Shown here: positions 1 through 9,314 of the stretch, piece by piece
Layout: every line of letters starts with the position of its first letter
Numbering within the stretch: position 1 is the stretch's first letter
Assembly: GCA_963780185.1 (NCBI GenBank)
Contig: CAWABA010000005.1
Coordinates: 1-64,000, forward strand
Direction: 5' to 3'
Origin: Candidatus Bathyarchaeota archaeon
GTDB taxonomy: Archaea > Thermoproteota > Bathyarchaeia > Bathyarchaeales > Bathycorpusculaceae
Length of the DNA stretch: 64,000 nucleotides
Program-made: the position numbers and the translations under genes
The notes under the pieces: model-generated
Database searches by the model: none
What the model was told of the DNA's origin: nothing
Seen by the model: only the letters and a program-made list of their open reading frames with translations

Positions 1-379
1 CCCGAGGGTTCAAACGAGGCTCAATGCTATCCCCGCCCGCCCCTATACTTGAAGAGAAAAACTGGTTGTGCGCAGTCGCGGCATATGTAAGTCTGAATTT
101 GCCCGGTTTGGGTGCCTCAGAATTTGTTCCTGACATCATCAATAGGACAGCTATCCTTTCTCCGACTAACGTGTTTTTCTTCACAGGCACATGCTCTAAT
201 GCAAGCTGTAAAATAAAAATTGTTGCGAACGTTGCACCATAAAAGGATTAGACAATGGGCTGAGAGAATATATTTGTGTTTTCTTGCAACTAATTTTTTA
301 GGCTAAAACAAGAAAAAGGAAAATGCGAGTGAAATCTCTTTTAGGGCGCAGGATCAAGTCCTTCCCACCCCGCTTTGTT

Positions 380-1159
380 TTACATTTCTGGTTTCCCGAT
401 TATGAATGGCTGCTTCTCGCCGTGCATACTAATCTGCCTATAATGCACCGTCCACGTGTAACCCAACGTTTCGAGTATCTTTTGGATTCTTTGTTTTTCC
501 TCTTCAAATGTCTGGGCAGCTTTCCCAGTTTGCTTATGGACTTCGATGACCAATCGGGGCTTAAACTTGCGGATTGTCTCTTTTGCCCCCTCCAGAATCG
601 GGGTCTCGTAGCCTTCCGTGTCTATTTTTAAGACGCCTACATTGGGTAAATTTAGGCTGTCGATTTTGCGAACAGCTACTTTTATTGTTCCTCCCCCCGG
701 CAAACTTACCTCTTCATCTAGCATGCCGCCTTTGTCAAAAGCGGCGAACCCGACGCGTCCGATCCTGTCGGCGTCACTTAAAGCGTAGTGGTATGGGTGA
801 AGGTTGGGGTATTTGGCCGCTCGTTCTTTCAGTTGCATGAACGCTTTTGGCCCCGGTTCATAGGCGTAGACTTCGAATCCTCTTTTTGCGATGTAGAACG
901 CCCAGCATCCGACGTTTGCGCCGACATCCACGAAGGATTTACCCTGTGGAGGCAGCATGTATTCGGCGAGGAAGTTTTCGCTTCCCATGTCTTCGCTCAT
1001 TTCCTCTGGGCTAGTGAAGAATTCGTAGACGGCTGAAGGCAAAGGGATCCTTCGGCGGTTTATAACCCGCAAAATAAGCATGATGTTTGCGCGGAAGTCA
1101 AGTTTGTTGAAAGCTACGTCGTCGATCTGAACTTTCGCCTTCTTGAGGTATGAAGCCAT
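380..1159 (-). CDS. FkbM-family SAM-dependent methyltransferase
   Basis: FVDVGANVG SAM-binding motif, AYEP, and KIDTEGYE..ILEGA motif typical of FkbM family. Confidence 0.85.
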   Translation of the reverse strand: MASYLKKAKVQIDDVAFNKLDFRANIMLILRVINRRRIPLPSAVYEFFTSPEEMSEDMGSENFLAEYMLPPQGKSFVDVGANVGCWAFYIAKRGFEVYAYEPGPKAFMQLKERAAKYPNLHPYHYALSDADRIGRVGFAAFDKGGMLDEEVSLPGGGTIKVAVRKIDSLNLPNVGVLKIDTEGYETPILEGAKETIRKFKPRLVIEVHKQTGKAAQTFEEEKQRIQKILETLGYTWTVHYRQISMHGEKQPFIIGKPEM

Positions 1160-1238
1160 GGTTTAAAGAAAGATTGGCGGAAATATATATCGTTATGCGG
1201 TGACGCCGACAAAACTGTCGGGCGCAGCCTGAAGCGTG

Positions 1239-1529
1239 CTATTTTTTGCGGTAGTTCTTTATAGGCGTCAGCGGGATGGTGTAGGTTTCCATGACTCCTT
1301 CGACGAGGCGGATTCTGTCTCCGACAAAATGCAGTGCGTTCTCGTTCGTGTCTGCTTGAAATAGAACTGCGAAGTCCCATCTGCCGAACACTTGGTAAGC
1401 TTCCTCAAGCGTTACGCCTTCAATCGGGTTTTCACTGAACTCCATCAACGGCTCATACAGTTTCGCTGCCATGTTAGGGCTAATCCTAATCATAGCCAAA
1501 TACTTCTGTGCTTTTCCCAAACAAGTCAC
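1239..1529 (-). CDS. GYD-domain / small ferredoxin-fold protein
   Basis: AYQVFGRWDFAVLF motif and about 90 aa length. Confidence 0.6.
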   Translation of the reverse strand: MTCLGKAQKYLAMIRISPNMAAKLYEPLMEFSENPIEGVTLEEAYQVFGRWDFAVLFQADTNENALHFVGDRIRLVEGVMETYTIPLTPIKNYRKK

Positions 1530-1706
1530 CTACCAGCAATCTGTTTAGGCACGTTAAAAAATATTATCCTTTGCCGATGAGGGGAAATTGCGGGTGGATT
1601 TGCCGTGACCTTGACTGTTCGATTTCTTTAATGCTGATGTTTAGCAGTAACTTTTATTTGCTTAATCTTTAATGTGAAGGGTGTAAAACTGGTTAATCCA
1701 GACTGT

Positions 1707-1783
1707 GCCTCGATAGCTCAGCCCAGTAGAGCGGCTGCCTTGTAAGCAGCAGGCCGCGGGAGCAAGGCCCGCTCGAGGCTCCA
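1707..1783 (+). tRNA. tRNA-Thr(TGT), atypical D and T loops
   Basis: GCCTCGA/TCGAGGC acceptor stem, GCTC/GAGC D stem, GCTGC-CT-TGT-AA-GCAGC anticodon arm, GCGGG/CCCGC T stem, encoded CCA. Confidence 0.88.
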
Positions 1784-1796
1784 AAAATTTTCTCTT

Positions 1797-2048
1797 TTAA
1801 TCTTCTGTTTCTTCTTCGTCGCTTTTCGCTTCAAGTTTTGCTTTGATTTCTTTAGGGTCCAAAATCAAAAGCTTGTATTTGCGTGCTTGTGTGGAGACGA
1901 TTTCGTTTTCGAAAAGTTTTTTCAGTGAACGGAAGACTTTCTTGGATGTTTCGCCTGATTTGTCTGCTAGTTCTTGCAGGCTTAGTTCTTTTCCTTCGGC
2001 TCTTAGTGTGGCTACGACTTTTTCGTCGACTTTGTTGAGTTTAACCAT
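1797..2048 (-). CDS. small winged-helix DNA-binding protein
   Basis: LSLQELADKSGETSKKVFRSLKKL HTH pattern. Confidence 0.65.
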   Translation of the reverse strand: MVKLNKVDEKVVATLRAEGKELSLQELADKSGETSKKVFRSLKKLFENEIVSTQARKYKLLILDPKEIKAKLEAKSDEEETED

Positions 2049-2145
2049 CGTTGTTTCCTCTTGTGTTTTGTTGTTGTTATTGCGTGTTTAGCTTTTCAAT
2101 TTTACGGTTTAGCGCGCCTAAAACTTTGCGTGTGGAGGGTTAGTA

Positions 2146-2463
2146 GCGGTGGACCGCTGCAGTTCGACGTCTAGACTCCGCAAGTCTCTTCAAGCCCTAC
2201 GCTCTTACCCGCATCCCCTTGAGCGCATGACGTCCAAACTTAGGTTGCTCTCTCCCGAGCCTAGCCGGGTTCGCCTGGTAGGCAATGAAGCAGCTCCCCT
2301 ACGGAAACTGCCCATTGACCGCCAGCCCCAAAGGACGGATAGTCAATGTTTCGGGAATGAAGATCCAGGCGGCCTTTTACGCCTCATCCGCAGGTGTCAG
2401 CCCGTCGTATAGAGGGTTTACGGTTTCAATGGACCCCTACCCCACCGCCTAAGATCCACCGCC
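2146..2463 (-). ncRNA. ffs: archaeal signal recognition particle (7S) RNA
   Basis: Minus strand has paired termini GCGGTGGA/TCCACCGC, a helix 6 with GTAG tetraloop, the helix 8 motif TAGGCTC-GGGA-GAGAGCAACCTA and a length of about 318 nt. Confidence 0.9.
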
Positions 2464-2636
2464 GAATGTGTAAGGGACAGATGAATGTTTAAAAGTTTCG
2501 CAGATGAAGGCGGGTTTGTGGGGTTTTGGGCGGGTGGCTGCTTCTTTTTGGGTCACTTGTGTCTGCCATGATGCAACAACATAGTCTTTTAAGCTTTTTA
2601 ATTATTGTATATTTGGTTTTAAAGGAGTAACAGCTT

Positions 2637-3995
2637 TTGAAATTCTGCGGTTTTAAATCGGATTCTTCTCGTTGCTTGATCGTTTTTGTGGTTATTGCCT
2701 TGCTTCTTTTACCGTCAGCTATCCTTTCGCAGGTTGCTTTTGCTGGTCCAACCCCGAAAGCGAACCCGTCAATAGGCGTTTTAAAAATGGTTTCTTCAGA
2801 TAACGCTACATGGCTGGACGCAAACAGTCCGCCTGGCTTAAACGTTTCAGCTGGAACAAATGTGTTCTTCAAGTTTGTAGTCAACAACACTGGAAACGTG
2901 GCTCTATCATGCATCACGTTAAAAGACAGCCAATATTCGATACCTACCCTTTGTCCGCCCAAAACTTTGACGCCTAACGCAACCTTCACTTATTATTTAG
3001 GTCCAAAAATTGCGCAGCCATATCAACATTGGGACACTGCCACAGCCTCAGGCAAATACAACAACAAAGTGTACTGCGCTACCGACAAAGCCTACTACTA
3101 CGGTACCCCCGTCCCTAACCCCTCACTGCAAATAACCAAATATGTCTCCAGCGACGGCAGAAAATGGTACGACGCTAACACTCCACCGGGCTTAATTGTT
3201 TTACTCGGACAAAATGTAACGTACAAATGTGTAATCAAAAACACTGGAAATGTGGCGCTCATCAACATAACCCTTGAAGATGACCCCGTTTTGTCATCCA
3301 CGCAAGTTGCCTCATCTCTTGCACCATGCGCAATTTTCACATACGTCATTCCTCCATCAGCGGCGTTATTTGGGCAGAACCATGATAACGCTACAGCATC
3401 AGCCATCTACAATTATGTCACCTACAACGCCACTGACACCGCATACTATTACGGGTCCCTTTGCACCTACACAGCAAGTGAATACAGCAACTGCGGGGCA
3501 GCTGCAAATCTACTGAAAACCTATTTTAACACAACTTTCCCGAATGGACTCGAAATCGGCTACTACGTCAACGTAACGGGATACGGCTACAATTGGACTG
3601 ATGTGAACAGTTTAAAGCAGGTTCTTAAATCCATGGGAACCAGCGGAGTAATCACAGCGGACACCCTCAACCCACACAACCTTGTTTATGGCGGAGGCAA
3701 ATTAGCAGTTCAAACAGCCACACTAACATTGAACATCGCTTTCGGAGAACAAGCCTTAAAATGTATGCCCTCTGGGCTCGCAACGTTGATTTACAACAAA
3801 ACTGGCGATGCATTGAACGGAAAAACCGTTTCTGAAATATTGTCGATTGCAAACGACGTTTTAGGTGGTCAACCTTTGCCTTCAGGATACACATTTGATT
3901 CCTTAGCTTGCTTACTTGCAAACATAAACGGAGCTTACGATAATTGTGCTCCTTCATGTTGGGCAAGAACATACCTTGAAATGCAGCCGACTTAA
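2637..3995 (+). CDS. secreted/surface protein with two Ig-like DUF11/DUF7507-type repeats
   Basis: Signal peptide and two repeats of K.VSSD..W.DAN.PPGL.V..G.NV...V.NTGNVAL..ITL.D; many NxS/T sequons. Confidence 0.7.
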   Translation: MKFCGFKSDSSRCLIVFVVIALLLLPSAILSQVAFAGPTPKANPSIGVLKMVSSDNATWLDANSPPGLNVSAGTNVFFKFVVNNTGNVALSCITLKDSQYSIPTLCPPKTLTPNATFTYYLGPKIAQPYQHWDTATASGKYNNKVYCATDKAYYYGTPVPNPSLQITKYVSSDGRKWYDANTPPGLIVLLGQNVTYKCVIKNTGNVALINITLEDDPVLSSTQVASSLAPCAIFTYVIPPSAALFGQNHDNATASAIYNYVTYNATDTAYYYGSLCTYTASEYSNCGAAANLLKTYFNTTFPNGLEIGYYVNVTGYGYNWTDVNSLKQVLKSMGTSGVITADTLNPHNLVYGGGKLAVQTATLTLNIAFGEQALKCMPSGLATLIYNKTGDALNGKTVSEILSIANDVLGGQPLPSGYTFDSLACLLANINGAYDNCAPSCWARTYLEMQPT

Positions 3996-4231
3996 ACGAG
4001 AAGCAACTCTCCTTCTTTTTTTGGAAAATGAGAAGTTAAGCAGGGTGTTTGTTCATTTTTGTGTTGGTTTCTCATCAACAAAAACAGTACCCCTCTCTAT
4101 CGGGCGGCTTTTCCATTTTTACTTTGTTTTTTTGATGTAAATACTAGACCTCCTCCCCTCGTCGGGTCGGCGCTTGATGGGCTTGTTTTGGTTTGTTTTT
4201 TTGGTTTGGGGTTTGATGCTTTGGTGGGTCA

Positions 4232-4295
4232 CGTTTTTTCCCGTTCTTTCCCGTTGAATCCCGTTCTACCCCGTTTTTTCCCGTTCCTCGGCGTT
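4232..4295 (+). repeat. 10-bp-period CCGTT direct-repeat array (putative operator)
   Basis: CCGTT at 4241, 4251, 4261, 4271 and 4281; CGTT at 4232 and 4292. Confidence 0.75.
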
Positions 4296-4344
4296 TCTTA
4301 GAGTTTATTAATGCCTCACCTTAACTGCATAGGCATGGGTCTGT

Positions 4345-4623
4345 ATGCCGTTAACTGAAAGAGTCAACTTCATCGGTGTCCTTCAAGGCGCAAACACGGT
4401 GCAAATTCCAAAGCTGATTAGGTGGCGCTTCAAAATGGACAGCGCCCAAGCGCTCAAGGTCGGCGTCAATTTTACGGAGTTGCATAGGGGCTGGCAGTTT
4501 TTTTACGGGAAAATGCGTAAAGACGGACGAATAACCATCCCTAAACTGGTGCTGAACCTCTTCGCCAAAGAAGGCGCAAGCTTGGCAGGCTACGTGCTGG
4601 AAATAATTCTTGAACCCGCATAA
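4345..4623 (+). CDS. tandem AbrB/MazE/MraZ-like swapped-hairpin DNA-binding protein
   Basis: Two half-repeats: [10 protein letters not shown] and [10 protein letters not shown]. Confidence 0.65.
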   Translation: MPLTERVNFIGVLQGANTVQIPKLIRWRFKMDSAQALKVGVNFTELHRGWQFFYGKMRKDGRITIPKLVLNLFAKEGASLAGYVLEIILEPA

Positions 4624-4678
4624 AGGTGCCCAGAAAGGTTTCTATACCTGCAAAGCTTGGGATACGCGAGGTCTTTTT

Positions 4679-5245
4679 ATGAAAAAATCTTTAGGCGCAA
4701 AAACCATCGTTCCCACCACACCCGTCTGGGTAGTCGGCTCCTACGACCGCGCGGGAAAACCAAACGTTATGACCGCCGCCTGGGGCGGAGTCTGCTGCAG
4801 CCAACCACCCTGCATCTACGTGTCGCTGAGAAAAGCCACCTACACCTACAGCAACCTCGTCGAGCGCAAAGCCTACACCGTGAGCATACCATCTGAAGCC
4901 TACACCAAACAAGCAGATTACTTCGGCATGACCACGGGAAAATCGGTGGACAAATTCGCCGCAACTGGACTCACACCCGTAAAAAGCGACCTTGTCGACG
5001 CACCATACGTCAAAGAATTTCCGCTCGTCTTGGAATGCAAAGTCATCAAAATAGTTGAAATCGGGCTACACACGGAGTTCATAGGCGAAGTCGTGGATGT
5101 CAAAGTCGACTCCGATGTGCTTAATGAAAAGGGTCTGCCAGACATCGAAAAAATCAACCCTATCGTCTGGAACCCAGCAGGCATGACCTACCACAAAATA
5201 GGGAAAAGCACAGGACAAGTATTCTCAATAGGAAAAGAAATATGA
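4679..5245 (+). CDS. flavin reductase / flavoredoxin family protein
   Basis: [13 protein letters not shown]...[23 protein letters not shown] motifs; start moved to ATG 4679 (MKKSLG). Confidence 0.88.
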   Translation: MKKSLGAKTIVPTTPVWVVGSYDRAGKPNVMTAAWGGVCCSQPPCIYVSLRKATYTYSNLVERKAYTVSIPSEAYTKQADYFGMTTGKSVDKFAATGLTPVKSDLVDAPYVKEFPLVLECKVIKIVEIGLHTEFIGEVVDVKVDSDVLNEKGLPDIEKINPIVWNPAGMTYHKIGKSTGQVFSIGKEI

Positions 5246-5257
5246 ACGTTCGCTAAG

Positions 5258-5313
5258 GGCTGATTCAGGCGGAGTCTGGGCGTCAAACCACAGTGATTCA
5301 CCGCTATTAATTT
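5258..5313 (+). repeat. direct repeat copy 1, homologous to SRP RNA 3' end (att-like)
   Basis: 52/56 identical to 8792-8847. Confidence 0.85.
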
Positions 5314-5502
5314 GCTTGGACATGCAAAGGCTTTCTCTTATAGTGATTTTAAACGACAACTAAAGTCGAATATAATGGTCATAAATTCTGTCATGCTTTG
5401 AATTGTAAGAGTTAGTGAATAACCATTTTATACGTTGAAATAATCAAAAGTCTATTATAGTCAGTGCTTTCAACTCCTCCTTATAAAAGGAGCCGGTAAT
5501 AA

Positions 5503-7035
5503 ATGATATGCCAAGATATCGATTTGAGCAATTTAGATACAAATACTCCCGAAGGCTTCTTAAAGTTAATAATAGAATTTTTGTCCGGAAAAGAGTTCAA
5601 TATAGAAAGCTGCAAAGACCCTTCTTTTCTAAAATTCTTTAGTAATGCCCAAAAAATGGGTATAGACTATAACCAATTCAATGAATTAATGCTTGTTTTA
5701 AACGAGAACATAGTTAGTCAGGGCTTTTTCGATTTTTTCTTTGGTAAGAAATTACTAAAATTAGACGACTTGAAGCAGGGAGTTACTAAATTTAGAGCTT
5801 TCGCCTTTTTATTTTTTGGTAATTTTCGTTTTGCATATAAGTCTCTAATTCATTTAGACGAATCGGAAATTGAAGCAAGATTCCGCTCCTATCTTAGAGA
5901 GTCAATTGCTATTATCAAAGAGTTTGCCGACCGGTCTCAAAAAATACTTGAAATAGAAAAAATCGACAGAGATAAAACGTGGTATCTTGGCTATGTTTCC
6001 GGAAAGAAGGCTGAAAGAGAGTTACAAGCTGTAAAAAGAAAAAGAAATAAGGAATATTCAATCTTCAAAAAGTTTCTTACACAACTAACTTGTGAGATTG
6101 AAAGTGAACAAAAAATAGCGTTAGCAAATACAAATATCTACCTAACATGGGATCGTTTGGATCTATATTTTGCTACATCGATGAGAAATAAGTGGGAGTA
6201 TGAAGAAACGTACGACCTAATAGAAAATATTTTCAAGGACAGTCGACTCCAGCAGTTCAAGCTGCGTTATTTTGATCCAACTCAATCGACTTGTGCTAAC
6301 TCTAGAGAAAAAGGCTTAATCGAAGGTTTGATGTTGAAAAGGGCTTCATGCACAATTTACTTGGCCCAAGAAAGTGATACTATGGGCAAGGATTCGGAAC
6401 TAGCCGCCACCTTAACCCAGAATAAACCCGTAATTGCGTACGTTCCTGAACATGACCCGATAGCTTATGCCAAAAAAATTCGCAGTTACCCCCTAAATTT
6501 CTTCAAAAAGAGACTATTAATACTGCTTGCAGAAGACAGCTTTGAGGAAATTTCAGACTATGATAAGTGGAACAAATTATTGGTTGATTGTGACCCAAGC
6601 TTTAAGAAAACAATTTCTAATTTTCTGGATGAACTTGAAAAGTATCGAGAAAAGCAGCCATTTGAGCTGTGGGTTGAAAAAGAAGAGGATTTTAAGGCCA
6701 AGAGCCTTTTGTTTGGAAAAGTATGCGATATACTTTCGATTGTAGAATGTTATAGTTTTGATCGCCGAGCTGAATTGCTTCAACTTAGACATCCGTTATC
6801 AATGCAAGTAGATATGCAAACTGGAGTTGCTAATGGCGTCTTAGTAGTTAGAAAGACGACGGATTGTATAGAGTTACTGTATAGAATTCTTACCAATGAG
6901 CTTCAATTTGATATAAAAAATGATCCAAAAGGATTCATTATTCTTGAGGAACGAATCTCAAAATCGCCCTTCAGAGTGATTGTTAAAAACGAAAAATTGA
7001 CCAATTCATATTGGAATCTCTTTTTTGGTCATTAA
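5503..7035 (+). CDS. hypothetical protein with nucleoside 2-deoxyribosyltransferase (NDT)/TIR-like domain
   Basis: DLYFATSMR...YFDP...MLKRASCTIYL...GKDSELAATLTQNKPVI resembles NDT-superfamily flavodoxin-like fold. Confidence 0.5.
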   Translation: MICQDIDLSNLDTNTPEGFLKLIIEFLSGKEFNIESCKDPSFLKFFSNAQKMGIDYNQFNELMLVLNENIVSQGFFDFFFGKKLLKLDDLKQGVTKFRAFAFLFFGNFRFAYKSLIHLDESEIEARFRSYLRESIAIIKEFADRSQKILEIEKIDRDKTWYLGYVSGKKAERELQAVKRKRNKEYSIFKKFLTQLTCEIESEQKIALANTNIYLTWDRLDLYFATSMRNKWEYEETYDLIENIFKDSRLQQFKLRYFDPTQSTCANSREKGLIEGLMLKRASCTIYLAQESDTMGKDSELAATLTQNKPVIAYVPEHDPIAYAKKIRSYPLNFFKKRLLILLAEDSFEEISDYDKWNKLLVDCDPSFKKTISNFLDELEKYREKQPFELWVEKEEDFKAKSLLFGKVCDILSIVECYSFDRRAELLQLRHPLSMQVDMQTGVANGVLVVRKTTDCIELLYRILTNELQFDIKNDPKGFIILEERISKSPFRVIVKNEKLTNSYWNLFFGH

Positions 7036-7079
7036 TCTTATATAGCTAAAAGAGGTAATCAAATAATTGGGGAAAAGAG

Positions 7080-7220
7080 ATGGCAACTAAAAAGAAGGTC
7101 TCGACAAGATTAAGTTGGGAAGAGAAAAATCCAGTAGACTACATTTACAGGCCTTCCAAAACTATTCTTCGTCTTCGCAAGGCGAGTTGTGTAAAAGATA
7201 ACGTTGAAAAATTACATTAA
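7080..7220 (+). CDS. possible 46-aa basic small protein
   Basis: ATG after purine-rich GGGGAAAAGAG; MATKKKVSTRLSWEEKNPVDYIYRP... Confidence 0.25.
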   Translation: MATKKKVSTRLSWEEKNPVDYIYRPSKTILRLRKASCVKDNVEKLH

Positions 7221-7287
7221 TTTTGAAAACTGCTAACTTAATTATAAAACTGAAACCCCTAATTACCTATGTTTGAACGTTATATGC

Positions 7288-8343
7288 TCAAGATGGCAAT
7301 GCTTTCCGTTTTTTTAAGCTATTTGCTATCAGATAATCAATTAACTTGGGCCAATCAGAACCTAAATGTGTGTTTAGCAAAATCTGTAATTCAGGGTTGC
7401 TTAATAATTCTAATCGCGGATTAGATCGCTGGAGTTCTTTTGCAGCAGGAGTGAAGCCTTTGGGAGCGACCAGTACTCCTTTGTTTGCTTTATGATCTGA
7501 AACTACTCCAAGAAGCTCTCTCGCAATTTCTACGCCGACATTTTTCTTTTTCTGCTTGCATTGAATCAAAACTTTTTCCCTATCGCCAGCAGTATCTTTC
7601 ACTGCTAGGATATCGATTCCCCCATCGTGGGTTTTCTTCGTTAAGGTTGTTTTATAACCCATATTTGAGTAGAGTGAATCGATTAAATGTTCTAGTTGAT
7701 AAGGGCTTAATTCTCTGAGTAATTCGGAGGTTGGAGTCTGTATAAATTTGGCTCTTACAAGTCCTTTTGCATCTTGAAGACCATCCCAGCGGCCATCTGG
7801 CAAATGTTGCCAATGTGCCAAGAAATATGCTTCTAAGGCTTCAAGTGCTTCTTTTGGGTTACCGGGTAATAGATCTAATATCCAAGTATTGCCCTCCCAT
7901 ACTGTTGCTTCGTTAGTTATGGCTGCCTTAAGTAGACGTCTGTAAAATTCTATTTGAAGTAATTTGTTAAACCTGTCTTTGTCGTATTTGGCGCTATGCA
8001 AAAGAATTTTTAAGGCTATCTCATCCAAACCTAAGGAACAAGATGGGATCAAAAAGTTTCTCATTAGATTTTTTACTTCAACAACAGTTCTTTTTCCTAT
8101 TGATCCTAAGTACTCGTTTCTCATACCCTCAGTTGGGAAGGACCAATGAACAAAATTGAATTTTTCTATGTTATCGGGTGTAAGCAGGTTCAACCAATCG
8201 GATAAAGTTAATTTTGTGGCGTCAATCATTTCCTTATCTTTATTTTCATCTATCATTTTTTGAAACCCGTCTGATATGTCTTTTTCGACCAAAATTGTAT
8301 CACTCGTGTAACGTATGCCGTTCGATACACTCTCTGTAGTCAC
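7288..8343 (-). CDS. Mrr-like (type IV) restriction endonuclease
   Basis: C-terminal Mrr_cat pattern: DGGIDI, IQCKQ, VGVEIARELLG, GFT..A; true start probably downstream of 8343. Confidence 0.8.
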   Translation of the reverse strand: MTTESVSNGIRYTSDTILVEKDISDGFQKMIDENKDKEMIDATKLTLSDWLNLLTPDNIEKFNFVHWSFPTEGMRNEYLGSIGKRTVVEVKNLMRNFLIPSCSLGLDEIALKILLHSAKYDKDRFNKLLQIEFYRRLLKAAITNEATVWEGNTWILDLLPGNPKEALEALEAYFLAHWQHLPDGRWDGLQDAKGLVRAKFIQTPTSELLRELSPYQLEHLIDSLYSNMGYKTTLTKKTHDGGIDILAVKDTAGDREKVLIQCKQKKKNVGVEIARELLGVVSDHKANKGVLVAPKGFTPAAKELQRSNPRLELLSNPELQILLNTHLGSDWPKLIDYLIANSLKKRKALPS

Positions 8344-8353
8344 GGCTGTTCAT
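8300..8353 (-). pseudogene. probable N-terminal remnant of a HEPN/DUF86 toxin
   Basis: ATGA overlap with MNT stop gives MNSRDYRECIE, then stop after 17 aa. Confidence 0.45.
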
Positions 8354-8649
8354 ACCATGACTACTTCCTCAAGAATATGCTTACCAATGTATGGTTTAAG
8401 CGCTTCCTTTGATACCAAGTCTACTTTTGTGCCAAATTTCTTTGTTAAGAATTCTTCTAGTTCCAAGAATTTGAAAAATCCTGGGTGGACATCCTCTCCG
8501 AAGGTCACAAGTATGTCTATGTCGCTTTTTTTGGTTTGTTCTCCACGGGTATAAGAACCGAAGACTCCTATGGTTTCTACCCCATAACGCTCTTTAAGTG
8601 TGGGTTTCAGTATTTCTAACGTGGAGGTTATTTCTTGTAGAGTTTTCAT
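8350..8649 (-). CDS. minimal nucleotidyltransferase (MNT antitoxin)
   Basis: FGSYTRGEQ...SDIDILV, KVDLVS motifs; start at MKTLQEI. Confidence 0.9.
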   Translation of the reverse strand: MKTLQEITSTLEILKPTLKERYGVETIGVFGSYTRGEQTKKSDIDILVTFGEDVHPGFFKFLELEEFLTKKFGTKVDLVSKEALKPYIGKHILEEVVMV

Positions 8650-8756
8650 AGTCAAGAAACCTACTGAACCAACCTCTCTGAAAATGATATCTTTGAACCG
8701 ACCTAATAACTTTTTAACAAAAAACCAAGTTAGTGGGGCGTTTTTCAAGTTTTTAT

Positions 8757-8847
8757 TGCGCTTAAAGGGTGCAGGTAAGAGCGTAGGGCTTGGCTGATTC
8801 AGGCAGAGTCTGGGCGTCAAACCGCAGTGATCCACCGCTACTAATTT
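8757..8847 (+). repeat. direct repeat copy 2, about 90-nt diverged copy of SRP RNA 3' end
   Basis: Shares GGTAAGAGCGTAGGGCTTG and TCCACCGCTACTAA with reverse complement of 2140-2227. Confidence 0.85.
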
Positions 8848-8952
8848 TGTTTAACCGTGGAGCTTTATGGCTGTTTTTTCTTGTGTTGCTCAATTATGTT
8901 GGCGGGATCTAGAATTTCTTGAGTTTGCTTCGGATTCAAACTAACCAAGCGT

Positions 8953-9261
8953 TTATTCTCCGTAGTTTTCTTTCATGTATTCTTTAATGCTTCCTGCGTT
9001 CCAGCTGAATGAAACGCCTTTGCGCTCGAGCAGTTCTAAGAACTCGCGAAGGGAAATGTCTAAAATCTCTGCCCCTCGTCCCGAGCTTATCTTGCCCTTC
9101 TCGTAAAGCCGTACGACACGCTCTTTCAGGCCATCCTCTATGAATTCTTTGAACAGAGTTGAGCGGTCTTCGTTTTCGAGTTGTCGAACTGCCTCTACTT
9201 TGCGTAAGTTACGTTTTGATAAGCGAAGTGTGACGACTGTGCTTTTTTCTTCTTTGATCAT
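8953..9261 (-). CDS. UPF0175-family putative antitoxin
   Basis: RHH-like N-terminus and LYEKGKISSGRGAEILDISLREFLELL. Confidence 0.75.
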   Translation of the reverse strand: MIKEEKSTVVTLRLSKRNLRKVEAVRQLENEDRSTLFKEFIEDGLKERVVRLYEKGKISSGRGAEILDISLREFLELLERKGVSFSWNAGSIKEYMKENYGE

Positions 9262-9314
9262 CTTGTCACTTGGTTACAGAGAATACAATGTAATACGTAA
9301 GTGTTGTTGAAACT

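Larger units (their letters stand above)
5258..8847. mobile_element. AT-rich genomic islet bounded by SRP-RNA-derived direct repeats
   Basis: Visibly lower GC than flanks, 56-bp direct repeats, defence-like cargo; no integrase seen. Confidence 0.6.

Noticed and set aside
24-1036. Short plus-strand ORFs here, and antisense shadow ORFs throughout the window
   Set aside because: Most overlap well-supported genes on the other strand or frame, and none shows a recognisable motif
4232-4295. CRISPR array
   Set aside because: Repeat unit is 5 bp with 5-bp spacers and no cas genes occur in the window
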